From an uncultured Gammaproteobacteria bacterium (GTDB taxonomy: Bacteria; Patescibacteriota; Microgenomatia; Daviesbacterales; UBA10151), in assembly GCA_964392925.1 (NCBI GenBank), contig CAYMRP010000004.1, positions 71,184-135,183 on the forward strand: DNA of 64,000 nucleotides, written 5' to 3'. Numbering within the stretch: the stretch's first letter is position 1; every line of letters begins with the position of its first letter. The position numbers were made by a program, and so were the translations under genes. Positions 58,198-64,000 of the stretch are shown one piece after another. The notes under the pieces were generated by a model, which was given only the letters and a program-made list of their open reading frames with translations, searched no databases and was not told where the DNA came from.

Positions 58198-59718
58198 ATG
58201 TACTTACTTAATAAAATTGATTCTCTTCTAAATTCAATCACCATGTACCGGCTGGTGCTATATGTATTACTAGTCCAATCCGCATTCGCAATAATTCTAG
58301 GTTTTCTAAATCTCCTACCTTATTCCGGAATCCAATTCACACTGACGCTTCTAGTTTTAGTCATAGTTAGTTATATATCCAATTTAATTTTTGCCTGGAC
58401 CGTCAAAGCCGTAGTTAACGTAGAGTCCTGGTTAATAACTGCCTTGATTCTTTTTTTAGTCCTGGCCCCGATAAATAATTTTCAGGATTTTATAGTCACC
58501 ACTGTTATCGCGATAGTGGCTATGGCTTCCAAATACTTTTTAACTTATGACAAAAGACATATCTTTAATCCGGCCGCTTTAGCTATGTTTCTAGCTAGCC
58601 TTTTCGGTTTCGGAAATTCTATTTGGTGGATTGGAAGTTCAATTATGCTGCCTGTCGTTTTAGTAACCGGCTTATTAATTGTTAGAAAAATTAGGAGATT
58701 TAGGTTAGTGATTATGTTCCTTGTCACAGCTGTCCTAACAGTCAGTGTCTTTAATTATTTAAATGGTATTCCTCTTACCCAAGCCTTAATCCAAGTTTTT
58801 ACATCTTGGCCTTTAATCTTTTTTGCAACGATTATGTTAACAGAGCCATTCACAACTCCTCCCAACAGAGAGTTCCGAAATTACTACGGAGTTTTTACTG
58901 GAGCATTATTTGGCTCTCAATTCTCAATCGGTCCTCTTTACGCTTCTCCAGAGCTCGCCCTAGTTGCCGGTAATTTTGTGTCATTTCTTTTAAGTCCTAA
59001 GGGTAAATTAATCCTTAAGTTTAAACAAAGAAACCAACTCGCTCCAACAATTTTCGAATTTATTTTTTCTCACAATGGGAAATATAATTTTACTCCTGGC
59101 GAATATTTAGAATGGACCCTGCCTCACCCAAATTCAGATTCAAGAGGTGTCAGAAGATATTTCACTATTGCCTCCTCCCCAGAAGAACCAGATTTAAAAC
59201 TTGGGGTTAAAATTATTCCTGATAAATCAAGTAGTTTTAAAAAAGCTCTCTTGGCTTTACAGCCCGGCAGTACACTTGCCGCCGACCAACTCTCGGGTGA
59301 TTTTGTCCTGCCTAAAAATCCCTCTCAAAAATTAGTTTTTATTGCTGGAGGAATCGGGGTAACTCCGTTTCGCAGTATGATTAATAGTCTAATTGTTAGT
59401 GGCGCAAAAAAGGACATAGTCCTTTTTTATAGCGCCGCAGATCCAAAAGAATTCGTCTATAAAGATATTTTCACTCAAGCAGAATCTTCCGGACTTAAAA
59501 CAGTTTATGTTTTTGGCGGTAAAGAAGTACCGCCTGATTGGCAAGGGGAGACAGGATTTCTAAATGAAGCAATGCTCAGAAAATATGTCCCTGATCTGAA
59601 AGAACGGAAATTCTATATGTCAGGTCCTGTCGCGATGGTTAACAATTATAAAGGCCTTCTGAAAACCCTAGGCATCTCCAACTCATCAATCGTTACCGAC
59701 TACTTCCCCGGCTTCTAG
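58198..59718 (+). CDS. Fusion of an RnfD/NqrB-like polytopic membrane domain with a ferredoxin-NAD(P)+ reductase-like FAD/NAD(P)-binding domain
   Basis: The N-terminal ~270 aa carry FNPAAL and IMLTEPFTTPP (compare FFMATDPVTSP of RnfD/NqrB). The C-terminal part carries RRYFTIASSP (RxY[ST]) and FIAGGIGVTPF (GGxGxxP). Confidence 0.7.
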   Translation: MYLLNKIDSLLNSITMYRLVLYVLLVQSAFAIILGFLNLLPYSGIQFTLTLLVLVIVSYISNLIFAWTVKAVVNVESWLITALILFLVLAPINNFQDFIVTTVIAIVAMASKYFLTYDKRHIFNPAALAMFLASLFGFGNSIWWIGSSIMLPVVLVTGLLIVRKIRRFRLVIMFLVTAVLTVSVFNYLNGIPLTQALIQVFTSWPLIFFATIMLTEPFTTPPNREFRNYYGVFTGALFGSQFSIGPLYASPELALVAGNFVSFLLSPKGKLILKFKQRNQLAPTIFEFIFSHNGKYNFTPGEYLEWTLPHPNSDSRGVRRYFTIASSPEEPDLKLGVKIIPDKSSSFKKALLALQPGSTLAADQLSGDFVLPKNPSQKLVFIAGGIGVTPFRSMINSLIVSGAKKDIVLFYSAADPKEFVYKDIFTQAESSGLKTVYVFGGKEVPPDWQGETGFLNEAMLRKYVPDLKERKFYMSGPVAMVNNYKGLLKTLGISNSSIVTDYFPGF

Positions 59719-59728
59719 TTATATTACG

Positions 59729-59785
59729 TTTCGAACGCAGTGAGAAAAACATGCTCTTCATATTTTTCGAGCATAGCGAGAAAAT
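59729..59785 (+). repeat. Copies 2 and 3 of the dispersed 21-nt motif (59729-59749 and 59765-59785)
   Basis: TTTCGAACGCAGTGAGAAAAA and TTTCGAGCATAGCGAGAAAAT closely match copy 1 at 2246. Confidence 0.6.
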
Positions 59786-59817
59786 ACTTTACTGTGTTTC
59801 GCTAACAAGTTAGAATA

Positions 59818-59864
59818 TTGACAAACGCCACAAAGTTGCATATACTTAATGCCACAAGGTTGCA
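59818..59864 (+). promoter_or_regulatory. Promoter TTGACA-17-TATACT flanked by two 14-bp direct repeats GCCACAA[A/G]GTTGCA
   Basis: TTGACA lies at 59818-59823 and TATACT at 59841-59846. The direct repeats lie at 59827-59840 and 59851-59864, 24 bp start to start, and the second ends 3 nt before the ATG. Confidence 0.6.
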
Positions 59865-59867
59865 ATT

Positions 59868-60857
59868 ATGGAAAGAAGAGAAGCCTCTAACGAACTAAAT
59901 AAATCACTAAACTCTGTTGGCTTAAGACTTGAAGGTGCCCCAAAAGTTATAATCCCTAAAACGCTTAGTGCTGAAATTCTGGCAGCAAAAGCCATCGCTA
60001 TGTCAGAAGACATGCAATATGGTTTTGATTTAGCAAATATAGTCACAGATCTCAGGCAATCTGCAATCAGAACCCTAAAAGACGGAAAGTCCTTTCCATT
60101 AGTACTGGATATACCAAACCTCGCAGATCCGAATTATGAACCTACTCCAGCTGATATTGCGCCTTCTTTGCTCGCCGCAAGTCTTGGAAGTTTTGCAATT
60201 GTCAGGATTGCTATGCCAAACTCAGATCACAGTATATCGCAGCTTTACGGAACAACTACACCCAGAACAAACATTGATGAGGGGGAACTGCAATTTACTT
60301 ACATCGGATTAAGAGTCTCGAGTAAGAGCGGTTATAAATGGGAGTCCCCCGCGCAAATAGATCCTTTAAGACCAGACCTGGTCTCTCCGGCCGATATGGA
60401 AACTTATTTATCAGGTGCAAATCAACTCGGCCTAGTTGGTGATCACGATAACTCAGGAATAAAAGTTTCAGATCCAAGACACTTAATAAATCTCCTCCAC
60501 GGCCTAGCAAATCCTGGACTTAGCGGACATTGGGCAGATGCACTTGAAAGTAATGGTCAAAGAAAACTTTTGACCGAAACATCAGCAAAAAGAATAATTG
60601 CCCCTAACGAGTTTGGCGACAGCTTGTATCAAGACCCCCTAAACACGACCCCTGTATTCACAATAGGTGCAGAGAGAATTCCCATGGCCATAGTTCTGGC
60701 CCCTGAACTTATGGAAGATATAGATTCTCTTGAAACCAGACGCAGTAATAAACCGGGAAGTCTTGAAACTTTGCAAGGAATGGCGCTCGCTGCACGTTTC
60801 GCGCAGAGATTAGGGGATAGCTTAGATCGGGCAATACCTAAAAGCGGAATGATTTAA
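59868..60857 (+). CDS. Hypothetical 329-aa soluble protein
   Basis: ORF with a strong promoter. No recognisable motif. Confidence 0.55.
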   Translation: MERREASNELNKSLNSVGLRLEGAPKVIIPKTLSAEILAAKAIAMSEDMQYGFDLANIVTDLRQSAIRTLKDGKSFPLVLDIPNLADPNYEPTPADIAPSLLAASLGSFAIVRIAMPNSDHSISQLYGTTTPRTNIDEGELQFTYIGLRVSSKSGYKWESPAQIDPLRPDLVSPADMETYLSGANQLGLVGDHDNSGIKVSDPRHLINLLHGLANPGLSGHWADALESNGQRKLLTETSAKRIIAPNEFGDSLYQDPLNTTPVFTIGAERIPMAIVLAPELMEDIDSLETRRSNKPGSLETLQGMALAARFAQRLGDSLDRAIPKSGMI

Positions 60858-60859
60858 CT

Positions 60860-61396
60860 ATGCTAGAGACAGCATCACCTAAAAAATTATTTGGAAAGAA
60901 AAAAATAGAATCTCAGGATATATCAACTCATTCTTTGGGAAACCCAATTCTAATAACAGAAACTCTCGACATTTTTAACCAAAGCCTGAGTGCCGAGATT
61001 ATAAAACAGGACCAGCAAATTACAGAGGTCCTTAAAAAAACATCAGATAACTTTATTAACTTCACAGGTCCTAAAGTTTTAGATTGGAATAAAAGTACTG
61101 GAAGAATAGCATTAGCAGAAAGTGTCATCAAAAATTCCGAAACCGAGTTTTTAGCATTCCGGCAAAGAATGACCGCTATGGCAGATGCTGATGGTTGCGG
61201 TGGTAAAAATGAAATTGCAAAATCTTCAGAGTCTGCTCTTTCTTCAAATGCGAATGTTATAGATTTTGGACAGGCGAAATTAAACAAAGCCTTAGGGATA
61301 AATAATAAACATACTCATAAATCAGGGGAACACGATCATTGTTCTCACGGCAATGATTACGGAGAATGCCCTAGCGGTTGTAAAAAAGCAGCCTAA
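60860..61396 (+). CDS. Hypothetical 178-aa protein with a His/Cys-rich C-terminal module
   Basis: Contains DGCGGKNE...VIDF...HTHKSGEHDHCSHGNDYGECPSGCKK, a layout like the tail of the 35601 ORF. The ATG lies 2 nt after the upstream stop. Confidence 0.55.
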   Translation: MLETASPKKLFGKKKIESQDISTHSLGNPILITETLDIFNQSLSAEIIKQDQQITEVLKKTSDNFINFTGPKVLDWNKSTGRIALAESVIKNSETEFLAFRQRMTAMADADGCGGKNEIAKSSESALSSNANVIDFGQAKLNKALGINNKHTHKSGEHDHCSHGNDYGECPSGCKKAA

Positions 61397-61417
61397 ACTC
61401 TAAAATTAGCTGACTAA

Positions 61418-62497
61418 ATGAAAAAAATCCTAGCAGTACTTCTCCTTTTTCTTGCGTTACAAATATCTCCTGCTTTAGCTCAGGAAAACTTAGATCAGAC
61501 CATAAATTCCTCTGGGTATTCAACCCCGACCGATGAAATAAAACTTGAAGGTGTAGTTTTAGAAGATGGAAAAAAAGTCGAAGTGACCTCTCCTAACCGG
61601 CAGGGCGAAATTCTAAATACTGAGCAATCTTTTAATGCCCCTAATTCTCCGAGTTTTAAAAATGGTGATAAAGTAAAAGTTTCAATCTTTACGAATCCTG
61701 ATAACTCTCAGCAAATTTTCATTACTGATTTTATTAGAACCAGCCCGCTTTATTGGCTGTTCGGGTTATTTGTTTTGCTTGTTTTAATAATAGGAAAAAA
61801 ATCAGGACTCGGCTCGCTCGTCGGTATGGCTATATCTTTTGCAGTTCTATTCCTTTTTATTGTTCCCCAAATAACCGCCGGTCAAAATCCAATCTGGACT
61901 ACTTTAATTGGAGTATTATTTATTCTTCCTATAACTTTTTATCTATCCCACGGCATCAATAAAAAAACTACTATTGCTCTTGTTTCAACTTTTCTTTCTG
62001 TTTGTTTTACCAGTCTATTATCAATCTTCTTTATTAATACCGCCAAAATTTCCGGCTATGCTAGTGAACAGGCCGGCTTTATTCAAACTGCCAGAAGCGG
62101 AAGCTTCGATATTCAGGGATTATTATTTGCCGGAATTGTAATAAGCATAATTGGTATTCTGGATGATGTCACTATTTCTCAGGCCTCCATTGTTAATCAA
62201 CTGAAGATCGAACTACCAAAAGCTAAAGTGCTAGAGCTTTATAAAAAAGCTATGAATATTGGTCGCGATCATATTGGCTCTGTTGTAAATACGTTAATTC
62301 TTGTTTATGCCGGCGCATCCCTGCCGCTTTTAGTTTTATTCACAGACAGCAGTATTGGTTTTAACGAAGCGCTCAACAATGAAATAGTCGCCGAAGAAAT
62401 AGTAAAAACTCTGGTTGCCAGCATCGGACTTGTTCTATCAATTCCTTTGACCACAATTCTGGCTGCTTATTTTCTCAGTAATGACAAAGAAGCTTAA
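61418..62497 (+). CDS. YibE/F-family membrane protein
   Basis: Has a signal peptide, a soluble N-domain and a polytopic region with GILDDVTISQAS and MNIGRDHIGSVVNTL, as in the YibE/F family. Confidence 0.65.
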   Translation: MKKILAVLLLFLALQISPALAQENLDQTINSSGYSTPTDEIKLEGVVLEDGKKVEVTSPNRQGEILNTEQSFNAPNSPSFKNGDKVKVSIFTNPDNSQQIFITDFIRTSPLYWLFGLFVLLVLIIGKKSGLGSLVGMAISFAVLFLFIVPQITAGQNPIWTTLIGVLFILPITFYLSHGINKKTTIALVSTFLSVCFTSLLSIFFINTAKISGYASEQAGFIQTARSGSFDIQGLLFAGIVISIIGILDDVTISQASIVNQLKIELPKAKVLELYKKAMNIGRDHIGSVVNTLILVYAGASLPLLVLFTDSSIGFNEALNNEIVAEEIVKTLVASIGLVLSIPLTTILAAYFLSNDKEA

Positions 62498-62862
62498 GAA
62501 TTAATAATTGCTCTTGTCGCTTCAACATCCCTGGCCATTTGTGCAGTCAAATCTTTCTTATCAGGAAAATTCATAACTGGTCTTAAAAATTTAATAACTT
62601 CAACTTCGAATTCACGGGAATTCGGAATATCCGATTCCTTCGTATCAATTAAAAAGAACTCCAATGTTTTATCATCTTCTAAGAAAACCGGAATCGGCCC
62701 GTAATGCATTGCACCAATAAATTCTTTGTCTTCAATAAAAACTTTAACTGCATAAATTCCGTCATCTAAAATTAAGTCTGTTGGGATTTCTAAATTGATT
62801 GTTGGGAACCCTAAGATCTTCCCCCGGCCCTTCCCTTTAACTTGTGTGCTCTTAAACCTCAT
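62494..62862 (-). CDS. Monofunctional riboflavin kinase (RibF C-terminal-domain type)
   Basis: Contains GKGRGKILGFPTINL and GIYAV...GAMHYGP..., the riboflavin-kinase beta-barrel signature. No FAD-synthetase domain is attached. Confidence 0.8.
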   Translation of the reverse strand: MRFKSTQVKGKGRGKILGFPTINLEIPTDLILDDGIYAVKVFIEDKEFIGAMHYGPIPVFLEDDKTLEFFLIDTKESDIPNSREFEVEVIKFLRPVMNFPDKKDLTAQMARDVEATRAIINS

Positions 62863-63784
62863 GCTTTAATTGTAGTGAAGATAATCTCCAAATACTAAAC
62901 ATCAAAACCGCAGCTGCCAATAATTGAGTTGGAGCCAAGAATGTTTTATACAAAACTGCATCAATAATAATAGTTAACACCGGAAACACTAATTCCAAAA
63001 TAGTCGCCACCCTAACTGGAGTCTGTTTAAGACCTTTGTAATAGATAAGCAGTGCCACCATACCAGTCGATAAAGCAATAAATCCAAATTTTAGAAACTG
63101 CGAAAAATCTGGTGTAAACAATTGCGGCATCGCCCCTAGAAAAATAATAAATGGAATAGCCAAAATTGTTGTAAAAATAAATCGTAGTCCGGTAACTGTA
63201 TTAGAGTCATACTTTGTTAAAGCCATTTTAGAGAATGTTGTCGAAGTTCCCCAAGCAAACGCTGCTCCTAACGCAAATAAAGCTGCAGTTGCAGTTCCGC
63301 TGCCAGTCCCAAAATTAACCACCCCACCAGGGAAAGTGACAAAGTATGCAGCCGCAAATGCTAGGAGTGCCCAAGGTAAATAACTCTTTTTAATCGGTTC
63401 TTTAAGAAAAATTATCGCCGAGGAAATTGCAAAAATCGGCTGTAGTTTTTGGAGTAAAAATACGACAGAGAAAGGGATGAAGTTAACTTGCAAAAGTGCA
63501 GTTGTAAACCAAAGTGTACCTAATACACCGCTAAGCAACCCAATCACAATTAAAAGTAAAAATTCTTTCCGGGTTAAACGGACAGTAATTAATTTTTTCC
63601 AGATAAATGGAATTAAAATTAATAGTCCTATTAGATGCTCATAAAATACAATAATAATCGGCGGTAAAGAATAAAGGCTCCGTCTAACAACTCCGTCCAA
63701 AGCCCAAAGCACTGCTGCCGTAATAATTAATACTGGCCCTACTTTTAAAATATGTTTAATGAAGTGATTCATATAGATCCCCAC
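62852..63784 (-). CDS. EamA/DMT-family transporter (candidate riboflavin importer, RibN/ImpX-like by context)
   Basis: Has 10 TM spans in two EamA halves. The GTG start at 63784 lies 9 nt after AGGAG (alternative ATG at 63772). The gene overlaps the riboflavin kinase by 11 nt and lies downstream of the FMN riboswitch. Confidence 0.7.
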   Translation of the reverse strand: MGIYMNHFIKHILKVGPVLIITAAVLWALDGVVRRSLYSLPPIIIVFYEHLIGLLILIPFIWKKLITVRLTRKEFLLLIVIGLLSGVLGTLWFTTALLQVNFIPFSVVFLLQKLQPIFAISSAIIFLKEPIKKSYLPWALLAFAAAYFVTFPGGVVNFGTGSGTATAALFALGAAFAWGTSTTFSKMALTKYDSNTVTGLRFIFTTILAIPFIIFLGAMPQLFTPDFSQFLKFGFIALSTGMVALLIYYKGLKQTPVRVATILELVFPVLTIIIDAVLYKTFLAPTQLLAAAVLMFSIWRLSSLQLKHEV

Positions 63785-63846
63785 ATCGCTCCGCTCCTCA
63801 GGATGACAAATTGAATTTTAAATTTTATTCCATTTGTCAATTTTCC

Positions 63847-63873
63847 AAAAAAAATCCCCGACAAAATCGGGGG
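63847..63873 (-). terminator. Intrinsic terminator of the FMN-riboswitch expression platform
   Basis: The minus strand reads CCCCGA-UUUUG-UCGGGG followed by A and U8. Confidence 0.8.
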
Positions 63874-64000
63874 TAAATTTTGCACATCAAATGCGCAGCC
63901 TTCTTTCACTCCACTTGCGCCTAATGGCTTGGTGGAGTGTTCCGCACAGCTTTATTAAAAGCGACGTGGAACATCCGGACTATACCGTCGACTTTGGAAT
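63847..64000 (-). promoter_or_regulatory. FMN riboswitch (RFN element), 3' part only, plus expression platform; the 5' part lies beyond the window
   Basis: Minus strand 64000 to 63970 reads AUUCCAAAGUCGACGGUAUAGUCCGGAUG. The conserved RFN 3' core is AUUCCrrrGCCGACaGUnnAAGUCUGGAUG (compare B. subtilis ribD GCCGACAGUGAAAGUCUGGAUG). An 8-bp hairpin (CACUCCAC/GUGGAGUG) and the terminator follow. Confidence 0.75.

Noticed and set aside
63915-63960. CUCCACCA and UCGACGG strings on the minus strand that briefly suggested a (permuted) tmRNA or tRNA-like end
   Set aside because: No T-arm (GGUUCGAnUCC) is present. CACUCCAC simply pairs with GUGGAGUG as an 8-bp hairpin. The UCGACGGUAUAGUCCGGAUG segment is much better explained as the conserved 3' core of an FMN riboswitch.
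63922-64000. Possible 3' end of a minus-strand protein gene running off the window (frame giving ...VDGIVRMFHVAFNKAVRNTPPSH*)
   Set aside because: It cannot be excluded without the flanking sequence. The near-exact RFN core match, the terminator and the flavin-related downstream genes favour the RNA interpretation.

Overview
All calls come from reading the sequence and ORF translations by eye; no searches or folding programs were run. The window is a low-GC, densely packed bacterial chromosome segment, coded mostly on the + strand. It uses the standard code: TAA, TAG and TGA each end recognisable proteins at the expected length. The gene content fits a Candidate Phyla Radiation / Patescibacteria-type genome (inference only). 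That content includes a split transketolase, class I LysRS, NrdR plus class II B12-dependent RNR, a membrane H+-PPase, a sortase with its substrate, and many small N-terminally anchored hypothetical proteins. No integrase, transposase, CRISPR array or rRNA is visible. Blocks in order: (1) 1-9.8 kb, sugar-phosphate metabolism (transketolase halves, glycerate-kinase-like P-loop kinase, PfkB kinase, class I aldolase, NUDIX, FAD oxidase). (2) 10-13.4 kb, peptidoglycan remodelling (VanW-like, L,D-transpeptidase, beta-helix protein, D,D-carboxypeptidase). (3) 13.5-29.2 kb, a tightly coupled surface-glycan locus that opens with a 1581-aa four-module fusion protein. (4) 29.3-30.5 kb, a sortase plus an LASTG substrate. 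(5) 32.2-37.3 kb, nrdR-nrdJ, then a cobalamin-riboswitch-like element in front of an unknown Cys-rich ORF and a corrinoid adenosyltransferase. (6) Lon, then soluble and membrane pyrophosphatases. (7) 45.5-48.6 kb, a clear T-box leader in front of a GNAT / racemase / APH(6)-like / ANT(6)-like cluster, ending at tRNA-Glu(CUC). (8) lysK, serS, a 502-aa proline-rich anchored protein, secA. (9) 56.3-59.7 kb, Fur-family regulator, FMN-binding protein, ApbE and an RnfD-like::FNR-like fusion. (10) An orphan two-gene operon whose Cys/His-rich tail resembles the riboswitch-controlled ORF. (11) On the minus strand at the right edge, the 3' part of an FMN riboswitch driving an EamA transporter and a riboflavin kinase. 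Several dispersed or tandem non-coding repeats are also listed.
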